Assembly: GCA_965248195.1 (NCBI GenBank)
Contig: CBDFIQ010000002.1
Coordinates: forward strand, 32,001-96,000
Direction of reading: 5' to 3'
DNA from: Longimicrobiales bacterium
GTDB taxonomy: Bacteria; Gemmatimonadota; Gemmatimonadetes; Longimicrobiales; Gaopeijiaceae
DNA length: 64,000 nt
In this document: positions 31,893 through 41,135 of the stretch, piece after piece
How the letters are laid out: each line of letters begins with the position of its first letter
Numbering within the stretch: position 1 is the first letter of the stretch
The notes under the pieces: generated by a model
What the model saw: the letters and a program-made list of their open reading frames with translations, nothing else
Told to the model about the DNA's origin: nothing
The model's database searches: none
Program-made: the position numbers and the translations under genes

Positions 31893-32669
31893 CTACCTGC
31901 GTCCCAGGCGCCGAGGATCGAAAACCCCGTCGCTCAGATCGGTCGCGAAGGCGTACTCGCTCCACTCCAAGGTGGTGGACTTCCCCGACGCGAGCTCGTT
32001 CATGACCATACGGTCGAGACGCCACTGTCCGCCCTTGTACTGCTGGTATCCTTCGACCCTCAGCGACTTCACGTGTGTGTCTTCGCGATCGTAGTAGTCC
32101 ACCCGAAGGAGCCTGTACTCTTCCGTGTCCATCCAGAGTACCTGCCGCGCGTATGCCGACCCGTCGTCGAGCGGAAATCGCTCCAGGACGTGCGAGGCAG
32201 TCCCATCCAGCGTCTCCTCTCTTAAGTACCGATATCGGTACTGCCGCAGATCCTGCGATCCGATGTCCTCGAATGTGAACTCGCTGCCCATGAACGAGCT
32301 GGACCGGTTGCTGGTCGCGATTCTCCGAGTACGTCGGATGGCCGGGAGATACAGCCATTGATCACTGGGCGAGTCGGGGTGCGAGACGGTGAGGATCGAC
32401 GTCCCCTGCAGGTCCCGGGGAAGATCGAAGACGACGAGCGTCTTGTCCCCGTCCTCGGGGACCTCGAGCCCGAGGATGTGCATCTCGCGGACCCGCTCCG
32501 AGCCGTCGGACCCCCTGAGAGTCATCGTCATCGCGGCGGTGAAGTCGGCATATCCCGACACACGGCGATCCGCTTCGTCGACGACCGCCCCTGCGCACGG
32601 GTCGGGGGCCTGCGCCCACGCGGGCGTGCCGATCAACAGGAGTGCTACAGGAAGGGTGAACTTGTTCAT
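31893..32669 (-). CDS. Outer-membrane lipoprotein-sorting (LolA-like, DUF1329-type) periplasmic protein
   Basis: PRDLQGTSIL, DQWLYLPAIRRTRRI, SFMGSEFTFEDI, VDYYDR. Confidence 0.85.
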   Translation of the reverse strand: MNKFTLPVALLLIGTPAWAQAPDPCAGAVVDEADRRVSGYADFTAAMTMTLRGSDGSERVREMHILGLEVPEDGDKTLVVFDLPRDLQGTSILTVSHPDSPSDQWLYLPAIRRTRRIATSNRSSSFMGSEFTFEDIGSQDLRQYRYRYLREETLDGTASHVLERFPLDDGSAYARQVLWMDTEEYRLLRVDYYDREDTHVKSLRVEGYQQYKGGQWRLDRMVMNELASGKSTTLEWSEYAFATDLSDGVFDPRRLGRR

Positions 32670-32684
32670 GAGCAGTATCCTCGT

Positions 32685-34991
32685 TCAGGTCCGAGTCGGA
32701 CCGATTCCGTTACGACTGGATGCCACCTCGATCAGCGAGGGAAGCGCGAACAGGTCGGCGAATACGGCGGCAACCACGCTGACCGCCGTCATCGTCCCGA
32801 CCAGTACCAAGACCTGGAATTGCGACATCAGAAGCAGGGAGAACCCGGCGCCCATCGCCAAGCTGGTCATCAGGATCGGCGGGCCGGTCTCGCGTAGCGT
32901 GTCCTCTACGGCATCTCGAACGCTCAGATTGGCCGCCAGATGGTCTCGCAGCTTGGACAGGAAGTGGAGCGTGTCGTCCACCGCCAACCCGAATGCGATG
33001 GAGAAGACCAGTATGGTGGAGGGCTTCAGGTCGACGCCCAGAACCTTCATCGCGGCCATCAGCATCAGGAGCGGGAAAACGTTCGGGACGAGGCCGAGGA
33101 GCCCGAGCTTGAACGAGCCGAACATGCGCACCATCGCCGCGAAGACGAGCACGAGCGCGATGAGCAGGCTCGGCCCGAACGTCTTCACGAGGCTGGACTG
33201 GTAGGTCTGCGCCATTTGCGCCGTCCCCGTGGGTGCAGCCGTCCCGATCGGTGGCGGATCGTTCGTGAGGAAGGCCTCGATGCGCTCGAGGAGGGGCAGC
33301 ATCAATACCGAGCCCTCGTCACGCACGGAGAGGACGATCTGTGCCACGCCCGCGTCCCGCAGGTACACGTCCTCCACCCTGCTCTGCTCGTTCATTTCGG
33401 CGAGGAAGAGCAGCTGCGCGGCTTCCTCCTCGCTCTGAGGCAGACCGGTCTCTTCGTCTCCGACGATCCCCCGGCGGAGCTCGGCCATGAGGTCCGGGAG
33501 ACCCAGGGCCTTGAGGACCAGCGGCTCGTTCCGCGCGAAGTCCTCGAACCGCGCCATCCAGGCCAGCATCTCGGGATCGTGGAGGACGCCGTCACCTTCG
33601 CCGCGGATGAACAGATTGACCTGAAAGACGCCGAAGCCGTGCGCCTCGATCCAGTCCAGGTCCTGCACGGGAGCACTCTCGGGCCCCATGTCGTCCATGA
33701 TGAACGTGTTCACCCTGAGGGTGGATCCCATGGTAAGACCGACAGCGCTGATGATCGCGAAGGAGAGGACCGCCCAGGACGCGTGCCCACCAGACAGTGA
33801 CAGCGCGCCTCTCAACGTCGCACGGATCCAACCGGGACTCAGGCCGCGATCGTTGAACTTCAGCCTGGCGGTGAAGCCCAGAAGCGCCGGCAGGAGCGTC
33901 ATGCTGAAGACGTACGTCAGCAGGATCGCCACCGCCGTGAAGAACCCAAATTCCATGATGATGCCGATTCGTGTTCCGACCAGGCTGAGGAACCCGATGG
34001 CGGTCGTGGCCGACGTATAGAAGCACGCGATCGAAAGCGCGGAGAACGTGCGGGCGATCGCTTCCTCGTTATCCTTGAGCTCGCTCCGGTCGTGGCGATA
34101 GCGAGCGAGCAGGTGGATCGCATCGCTGACCCCGACCACCAGCACGATGATCGGAATGAAGCTGGTGAGGATGCTGATGCTACGACCGCTCAGCCCGAGC
34201 AGGGCAACTGCGCACAGGTACGCGGGGAGCACTGAGGTCAGGCAGAGCATGACGTGGCCAAGGTGCCGGAAGAAGTAGAAGAGGATACCGCAGAAGACGA
34301 GGAAGCCGCCGCCGAGGAAAAGTGCCTGATCCACCTCGAGCATCTTCGGGATGCGAGAACGGAATACCGGCACTCCTGCCAGGGTGGCTCTCGTCGCAGC
34401 GTCGTCTATGTTCTCCAGCGCCTCCGTGATTGCCCCTTCTATCTCGGTGCGACGCGCATGCGTGTTGAGCTCGGGCTCGAGATATCCGGAGACCGTGAAT
34501 ACGGATTGGTCCTCATTCCACAACAGACCACTGAAGAGCTCGTTGGCCCGGTGGCGGTCCAACATCCCGCGGATCATCGCGTCGGAGAGCTCGGGCTCTT
34601 CGACGAGGCGATAGAGGTGGGTCGCCACCTCACCGTCCAGATCGACGGTCTCGGTGACCTCCGTGTTGCCGAACCACTGGACGTCTATGAGCCCGGCGTC
34701 CTCGAAGACTTCGGCCACACGCTCGAGGTCGTGGAACATCGGTAGCCCGGGGGCACGCTCGTCCTCCCAGAACATCGTGAACTGGGCGTCCTCTTTCTCG
34801 AAGTAGCGCTTGTAGTCGTCGTACGTCTCGCGCTCGACTCCGAACGAGGGGAAGAACTGCTCCATGCCGTAGTTGATCGGCACACGGCCACCGTAGACGG
34901 CTGCGGCCCCGGTCACCACCGCCGCGATCGCGGTCACCGAGCGTCGGTGCGCAACGATCCAGCGGAAGTACGCCTCTTTGTCGACGCTCAT
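32685..34991 (-). CDS. MMPL/RND-family transporter
   Basis: Two repeats with VGVSDAIHLL and GLAVDDTLHFL; TSATTAIGFLSL; AGGAGG RBS before the ATG at 34991. Confidence 0.9.
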   Translation of the reverse strand: MSVDKEAYFRWIVAHRRSVTAIAAVVTGAAAVYGGRVPINYGMEQFFPSFGVERETYDDYKRYFEKEDAQFTMFWEDERAPGLPMFHDLERVAEVFEDAGLIDVQWFGNTEVTETVDLDGEVATHLYRLVEEPELSDAMIRGMLDRHRANELFSGLLWNEDQSVFTVSGYLEPELNTHARRTEIEGAITEALENIDDAATRATLAGVPVFRSRIPKMLEVDQALFLGGGFLVFCGILFYFFRHLGHVMLCLTSVLPAYLCAVALLGLSGRSISILTSFIPIIVLVVGVSDAIHLLARYRHDRSELKDNEEAIARTFSALSIACFYTSATTAIGFLSLVGTRIGIIMEFGFFTAVAILLTYVFSMTLLPALLGFTARLKFNDRGLSPGWIRATLRGALSLSGGHASWAVLSFAIISAVGLTMGSTLRVNTFIMDDMGPESAPVQDLDWIEAHGFGVFQVNLFIRGEGDGVLHDPEMLAWMARFEDFARNEPLVLKALGLPDLMAELRRGIVGDEETGLPQSEEEAAQLLFLAEMNEQSRVEDVYLRDAGVAQIVLSVRDEGSVLMLPLLERIEAFLTNDPPPIGTAAPTGTAQMAQTYQSSLVKTFGPSLLIALVLVFAAMVRMFGSFKLGLLGLVPNVFPLLMLMAAMKVLGVDLKPSTILVFSIAFGLAVDDTLHFLSKLRDHLAANLSVRDAVEDTLRETGPPILMTSLAMGAGFSLLLMSQFQVLVLVGTMTAVSVVAAVFADLFALPSLIEVASSRNGIGPTRT

Positions 34992-35058
34992 TCTCCGTAT
35001 CCTCCTGGGCTTGATCCTGTTCACGCCTAGAGGATACGTCACCGGGCACCCCATTACC

Positions 35059-35096
35059 CTACGTCAAATTACGTAGTCTGGAACCGTGATTACGTA
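35059..35096 (-). promoter_or_regulatory. Putative operator upstream of the MMPL operon
   Basis: Minus strand TACGTAATC-N11-CTACGTAATTTGACGTAG; near-identical motif at 39079-39117. Confidence 0.6.
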
Positions 35097-35202
35097 TACT
35101 TCTGCTTGCGCCCACCGGCCTGCTCTCGGATGTTGATCTTGGTCCGATCACGTTGACCCGATCCGGCAATGGGCCTTTGTTTTTCCTATCCCTGGCGCAC
35201 TG

Positions 35203-38200
35203 ATGACAGAGCTCACACGCCACCTCGCCGCGGTGATGTTCACCGACGTGGTGGGCTATACAACCATCATTGCGGAGGACGAGAAGGCTGGGCTCGCCGC
35301 CCGCAAGAGGCACCGGGATGCCCTGGAGACGGCCATCGCCCACAGCAATGGTCGGCTCATTCAGTACTTCGGCGACGGTAGCCTGAGCATTTTCCCCAGT
35401 GCCGTTGTGGGCGTCACCGCGGCAATCGCGGTCCAAAGGCACCTCCACTCGGCTCCGAGCCTCCCCGTTCGAATCGGCCTGCACGTCGGCGACATCGCCT
35501 ACGATGAGCAAGGGGCGTACGGCGATGCCGTCAACATTGCCTCGCGGATCGAGAGCCTAGCCGTTCCGGGTGGGATCCTGATCTCGCGTAAGGTCGTCGA
35601 CGAGATCAGGAATCATCCGGAGCTCCCGACCGTACGGCTCGGCACGGTCGAGCTCAAGAACGTGCGTGACCCGGTAGAGGTGTATGCGATCTACACTGAA
35701 GGCGTCGAGGTCCCCAGACCCACTGAACTGGCAAGAGAGGGAGACGGGTCCGCCGCCGAACATGCGTCCCCTCTTCCGGAATCTCTGCGGGCCCACCTCG
35801 ACCGAATGCAACCACGCCTCGTTTATCGTGAGCGCGGGACCGGAGCGTTCCCACGAACTCTGCCCTTCGTGGGCCGTGCGGCGGAAATGGATGCACTCCG
35901 AACGCTATTGGAGACCACTCAGTCGGGTCGGGGCGGAACCGCCCTGATCTGTGGCGATCGCGGGGTCGGAAAGTCTCGACTCGCTGAGGCTGTGGCACAG
36001 CACGCTCGCGAACGCGGCTGGTTGGTCGCACTCGGTCGTGCCTACCCGGCAGAAAGGCTGGTCTCGTTCGCGCCGCTGTCGGATGCGCTTGTTCCGATCC
36101 TTCGAGGGATCGATGCGACGACCCTCCAAGCGTTAATAGGGGACGAGAACCTCATCTATAACCTGTTCCCAGCATTGGGGCCCAGCTCGCCGAGCCTCGG
36201 TCTCAGATACGCAGACCCGACCGAACTGCAGGCACGGCTCTTCGACCGCCTTACGGCCCTCCTGATCCGCCTAGCCGAACATCAGCCCATACTGATCATC
36301 TTGGAGGATCTCCAGTGGTCGGACGAGTCGTCAATCGAGTTCCTGCATTTTGTCGCCCGCCAGACTGCAAACGAGCCTATATTCTTCATCTGCCAGTACA
36401 GCGAGCACTACCTTGCACACGACCACCCCCTGCGCACGGTTGAGCAGTCGCTTCTCAGGATCAACGTCGCGACACGCTTCCAGCTCGACCCGCTGACCAT
36501 GCGCCAGACTGAGGACCTCGTCCGAGAGGCTTTCGAGGCAAAAGATCCCGCGGTTTCGCAGTTTGCCAGCAAGCTATTCCATTGGACCGGCGGCAATCCC
36601 TTGTTCCTCGAGGGCACGCTGCGCGCTCTAGTCGAGACACGGCATCTTTTTCAGGAAGACGGAGCTTGGCGTGGCTGGCAAGTCGAAGAGTTCGACGTGC
36701 CGCGATCGGTGCGGGATCACCTGCTCGCACTTGCCGGAGAACTCTCGCCAACCGCCCGCCAAGTCGCTGACCTCGCCTCAGTGATCGGCGTACGCTCATC
36801 ACATGACGTCCTCGAGTCCGTGTGTCAACTGAATGAAGACCAGCTGGGAGAAGCCCTGGACGAGCTTCAACGGGCCCAGATTCTGGCCGAGGTGGATCTG
36901 GATCGGGCGATCGGGTACGACTTCTGCCATCCACTGATTCGGGAGACGCTTCAGTTCCACCTTTCGGCCACACGTCGCCGCGCTTTACATGGTCACGTGG
37001 CCCACGCCCTTGAGCAATTCTACGCGGACCGGGCAAGGGCTCATGCGGCCGAGTTGGCCCACCACTTTGCACGCGCGCATAGGCGAGGGGCCGGTGCGAA
37101 GGCCGTGCTCTACCTGGCGCTGGCGGGTAAGGATGCGTTGTCACGGCAAGCGAATCCGGAAGCGGTCAAGCATCTGCGTGCGGCTCTCGACCAGATCGAT
37201 GGCACGGGGTGGAAAGCCGGAAGCGAAGGATTCGATCAGCTGATCGATTTCGACACCGACGACATCGTGAAGGCCCTCGCCCGCGCCGAGACCAGGCTCG
37301 GCAACTATGAGGCAAGTATAGACCTCTGGAGGCGGGCGCTGGCGGGCGCACACACCAGGGACGACAGCCGCCAGTTGGCCGGCATCCACCGCGAGATCGG
37401 GCTCGCTTTCTTCTGGGATGCTCGTCTGGAAGAGGCGCAAGATGAGTTCCAGGAAGGTCTGCGCGTGGCCCGAGCCATAGGCGAAGATCTGATGGTCGCG
37501 AGCATCGACCTCTCATCGAGCTTGTGCTATCAGCATGTGGGACGACAACAAGAGGCACGCCAGGCGGCTGAAGAATCACTGAGCCTGGGAGAGAAACATG
37601 GCAATGTACCTCTCCTGGCGCGGGCTCACATTTCGATGGCTCGCCTGCATCTGTGGCTGGGCGAGCCAGACGCGGCGAAGATCCACAGCGAAAAAGCGCT
37701 CGAGCTCGCCACGGAGTGTGGTGATCCGGGCGTGGTTTACTGGAGTCACTGGGCGACCGGGGTCATGGAGGGTATGCGAGGCAACACTCGCGAGATCGCT
37801 CTCCGCATCGAGGCGATGAACCAGATCGTCGACGACGTGCGCTCGCCAACCTTGAAGCTCTGGACCGCCGAACTCTCCATCGAGCACGCCTACTGCTATG
37901 GAGATTGGGACGCCGGAATGGAGCTGGGGGAGTCGGCTGTCGATCTCGCTCGCTCGCTGAACCAGAAGACCCTCCTGCCTCGACTTCTCGTGTGGCTTTC
38001 CCTGATTTACATCGGCCGTGGTGACTTCGACCGGGTGAAAGAGCTCACGGACGAGGCGTGGGAGGTATCCGGCGCCGATCTTGCCGCCGATCAGAGCGGG
38101 TTCATTGACGTCCACACGGTGGTTCCGGCGCACATCGGACGAGCGGCGTACCACCTCGGCGTCGAAGAATGGCAAGAGGCGATTCGTGTGGGTGAGGCCG

Positions 38201-38721
38201 GTCTCGCCATCGCCGAGAGGACGGGGTACGCAATGTGGAGCATCCATCGTCTGCTTCCGCTCGTGGGCGAAGCCTACCTGCAGTCCCGCAACCTCGAGCA
38301 GGCCAAGAGAATCAGCGAGCGACTCCGAAGCCTGTCCGCACCGCTGGGACACCCACTAGGTTTGGCCTGGGCCGATGCCTTAGACTCGATCATCGCATGG
38401 TTGGAAGGTGACAGCGAGCGCGGTGCCGACCTGCTTCGCAAGGCCGCGGACCTGCTCGACGCGTTTCCGATGAGGCTAGACGCCACGCGCCTCCGCCGGC
38501 AACTCGCGGGGCGCCTGGCTGAGATCGGAGACCGCGATGGTGCGCTTCCGGAGCTCCGTTCCGTGCACGCGACCTTTGCATGGCTCGGTTGCGCAGGCGA
38601 GTTGCAAAAGACGCGTGTGCAGTTCGGCGAATTGAACGCAGAGCCACCGCCGCTGGTTCACACTGACAGCCGCGGTGGTGCATGGCTCGTAGCTGAGGAC
38701 GGATCCGCCGCCGCCCAATAG
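35203..38721 (+). CDS. Class III nucleotide cyclase-like domain + STAND/AAA ATPase + TPR repeats
   Basis: AVMFTDVVGYT, GDG, RIGLHVGD, GDAVNIASRIE; FVGR, GDRGVGKSRL, LEDLQWSD, TGGNPLF, FCHPLIRE; helical repeats. Confidence 0.88.
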   Translation: MTELTRHLAAVMFTDVVGYTTIIAEDEKAGLAARKRHRDALETAIAHSNGRLIQYFGDGSLSIFPSAVVGVTAAIAVQRHLHSAPSLPVRIGLHVGDIAYDEQGAYGDAVNIASRIESLAVPGGILISRKVVDEIRNHPELPTVRLGTVELKNVRDPVEVYAIYTEGVEVPRPTELAREGDGSAAEHASPLPESLRAHLDRMQPRLVYRERGTGAFPRTLPFVGRAAEMDALRTLLETTQSGRGGTALICGDRGVGKSRLAEAVAQHARERGWLVALGRAYPAERLVSFAPLSDALVPILRGIDATTLQALIGDENLIYNLFPALGPSSPSLGLRYADPTELQARLFDRLTALLIRLAEHQPILIILEDLQWSDESSIEFLHFVARQTANEPIFFICQYSEHYLAHDHPLRTVEQSLLRINVATRFQLDPLTMRQTEDLVREAFEAKDPAVSQFASKLFHWTGGNPLFLEGTLRALVETRHLFQEDGAWRGWQVEEFDVPRSVRDHLLALAGELSPTARQVADLASVIGVRSSHDVLESVCQLNEDQLGEALDELQRAQILAEVDLDRAIGYDFCHPLIRETLQFHLSATRRRALHGHVAHALEQFYADRARAHAAELAHHFARAHRRGAGAKAVLYLALAGKDALSRQANPEAVKHLRAALDQIDGTGWKAGSEGFDQLIDFDTDDIVKALARAETRLGNYEASIDLWRRALAGAHTRDDSRQLAGIHREIGLAFFWDARLEEAQDEFQEGLRVARAIGEDLMVASIDLSSSLCYQHVGRQQEARQAAEESLSLGEKHGNVPLLARAHISMARLHLWLGEPDAAKIHSEKALELATECGDPGVVYWSHWATGVMEGMRGNTREIALRIEAMNQIVDDVRSPTLKLWTAELSIEHAYCYGDWDAGMELGESAVDLARSLNQKTLLPRLLVWLSLIYIGRGDFDRVKELTDEAWEVSGADLAADQSGFIDVHTVVPAHIGRAAYHLGVEEWQEAIRVGEAGLAIAERTGYAMWSIHRLLPLVGEAYLQSRNLEQAKRISERLRSLSAPLGHPLGLAWADALDSIIAWLEGDSERGADLLRKAADLLDAFPMRLDATRLRRQLAGRLAEIGDRDGALPELRSVHATFAWLGCAGELQKTRVQFGELNAEPPPLVHTDSRGGAWLVAEDGSAAAQ

Positions 38722-39002
38722 GGGGATCACTCCGAGCGGTAGCTGTCGGGCATTCCGAGACGGAGACGCTCTCGGCCTCCCATCAGTCCCATCCAGCCAT
38801 TGCACCGCCCCGTAGTGGTACAGTTTCTTTCACAACCCGACGATCCCAGACTTGACCGAAAGCATGAGCTTCACCTTGCTAAGGGGTGAATCCGCAAAGG
38901 GGGGAAATCTCGAAATACCGGAACATATGTTTTCCGGCGCAACCCTTTTGGGAAACGTTCGGGCGTTCTGATTCGAGGACCTATGAGTCCACGTCGTGGG
39001 AG

Positions 39003-39040
39003 AGACGGCCACCTCCATCGTTCGGAGGTGGACGTCTTTT
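39003..39040 (+). repeat. Dispersed hairpin repeat, copy 2
   Basis: AGACGGCCACCTCCATCGTTCGGAGGTGGACGTCTTTT. Confidence 0.85.
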
Positions 39041-39078
39041 TCGTTCGGGGCGTGATGGGTGGAGTAGAGCCGTTCCCC

Positions 39079-39117
39079 TACGTAATCTGCGCTTCGCTGC
39101 TACGTAGTTTGACCTAT
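39079..39117 (+). promoter_or_regulatory. Second copy of the putative operator
   Basis: TACGTAATC-N12-CTACGTAGTTTGACCTAT, about 66 bp before the ATG at 39183. Confidence 0.55.
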
Positions 39118-39182
39118 CCTGTCGTAACCCGACTGAGCGCATCTTCCCCGTACACTCACATCGTAAATGGAGGAAGATCAAA

Positions 39183-39281
39183 ATGAAGAAGCGCACACTG
39201 CAACTCGTCTGCATCATGATGCTTTGGTCGATGACCGCCTGTGTCGTCCATTCCCACCATCCCGAACCCTGGTGGTGGTAG
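39183..39281 (+). CDS. 32-codon ORF with a lipoprotein-like signal (small peptide, or decayed gene next to IS3)
   Basis: GGAGG RBS; MKKRTLQLVCIMMLWSMTACVVHSHHPEPWWW*. Confidence 0.4.
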   Translation: MKKRTLQLVCIMMLWSMTACVVHSHHPEPWWW

Positions 39282-39297
39282 ACATCCAGCCGGAACC

Positions 39298-40850
39298 TGT
39301 CAACGACAATGGGACACTCTACGGGATTAATTAGAGAGCAATATCCTGTGTGGTGAGGGAAGGGATGGGAGGATTGATGTAGACGGCCTCCGGGAGCGGT
39401 TTGGGCTTCGGCACACCTGTGACGAAGCGTTCGGGATGAGCGGCCCATGCTTCGCGGAGCACGGATTTCCTGCCGGCAATGACCTGATCGGCGTTCCCGA
39501 AGTGGACCTGCTCGGGGGTTAGCATCGAGATACCGCCATGGCGGTGCTCGGCATTGTACCAGCGGAAGAACGATCGACACAACGTCTTGGCCTGGCCCTG
39601 ATCCCCGAACCGCCCGGGAAACGAGGGATGGTACTTCAAGGTTTTGAACTGAGCCTCGGAAAACGGGTTGTCATCCGACACCTGAGGCCGGCTCAACGAG
39701 CGAGTCACGCCGAGGTCAGCGAGAAGTTGAGCGGTGCATTGGCTCGTCATTGGAGCTCCCCGATCCGAGTGCAGGGTCAGGACCCGGGGCTGGACGCCAT
39801 GCTTCAGGCAGCTCTGCTGGATCAACCGGCCGGCCAGGGCCGAGTTCTCCCGGTCCGCCACCATCCAGCCCACGACGTAGCGGCTGTAGATGTCCATGAT
39901 GACGTAGAGGTAGTAATAGCTCCACTTCTTCGGCCCGAGTAGCCGCGTGATATCCCAGGACCACACCTGGTTCGGCGCCGTGGCCATCAACTCGGGCTTC
40001 TTGTACTCGGGATGGGTGCGCTGCGCCCGGCGTTCCTGAACCGGCACCTCGGAGGCCAGAACACGATACATCGTGCGTTCGCTGCACAGGTAGACCTCTT
40101 CGTCGAGCAGCGTGGCCACCACCTCGGCGGGTGAGCGGTCCACGAACCGCTCCGAACACAGCGTGTCGAAGACCTCGCCTCGTTCCGTCTCGCTCAATGC
40201 CCGGGCGGGCGTCGGGCGGGGCTGCCGTTGCCCGGTCGATGGGCCTCGACGACGGTAGAACGTCGATCGGGAGACCTCGAGAGCCGCGCACGCCGGTTTT
40301 ACACCGACGTGCTTAGCCAGCTCATCGGCCGCCTTCAAGAGTTCGTCCCGTCGTCGAGGCTTATCCCCAGCAGCCCCGCAACTTTTCCCTGCACGTCGAT
40401 GATCAGGTGTGCCTTCCTGAGCTCATTCTCGAGCCGTGCGTTTTGCCGCTCCAGCTTGCGTACCTTCTCATCCAGCGGATTCCGCTCCGGCTTGCGGCCG
40501 CGTTTCTTCGACAGGGCCTTCAGCGACCCGCTATGCGCCGCCTTGCGCCACGTCGTCAGGTGCGACGAGTACAGGCCCTCGCGCCGCAGGAGCTGACCCA
40601 CCTCGCCGGGCTCGGTGCACCGGTCCGCTTCTTCGACGATCCGCAGCTTGTACGATGGACTGAACCGCCGGCGTAGCGGCCTATCTACTACCTCCGGGTC
40701 CGCAGGAGCTGCCGCGCTTCGCTTGGCCTCCCCGATTCCAGGGGCACTACCATTCTCTTCCATTCTCTCTCGCAGTCCCAACATGTTCGTTTTCTCTGCC
40801 TTCGCCCTACTCTAATTCTTTGCGTGCTCCGTGTCTCACGTACGTTGGCA
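39298..40850 (-). mobile_element. IS3-family element (orfA 40335..40784, orfB 39331..40338)
   Basis: HTH orfA; rve-type orfB (WSWDIT, HSDRG, DNPFSEAQFKTLK); imperfect IRs TGTCAACG..GGGACAC / TGCCAACG..GAGACAC; no TSD seen. Confidence 0.92.
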
Positions 40851-40878
40851 GAGAGGGAGCCGCTCGGCCTCCCCACAT

Positions 40879-40913
40879 ACGGCCACCCCCATCGTTCGGA
40901 GGTGGCCGTCTTC
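40879..40913 (+). repeat. Dispersed hairpin repeat, copy 3
   Basis: ACGGCCACCCCCATCGTTCGGAGGTGGCCGTCTTC. Confidence 0.85.
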
Positions 40914-41135
40914 TCGTTCAGGATACTGTGTCCCGATTGTGTCCCAAGAGGCGGCGAAAGGTGGCGGATGGAAAATGGCCCACTTTCACATTTCCCGGTT
41001 GGAGACATAGCCCACGGTCTCTTTAGAGGGGGCCCACGTCGCCAGCGTCTTGCCAGATCGCGCCGGCCAGTTGCGGATCTGCGGGGGGCAGGGGAGAATG
41101 AGGTAGACGCTACCGGACTTGAGGAGGATCATCCC

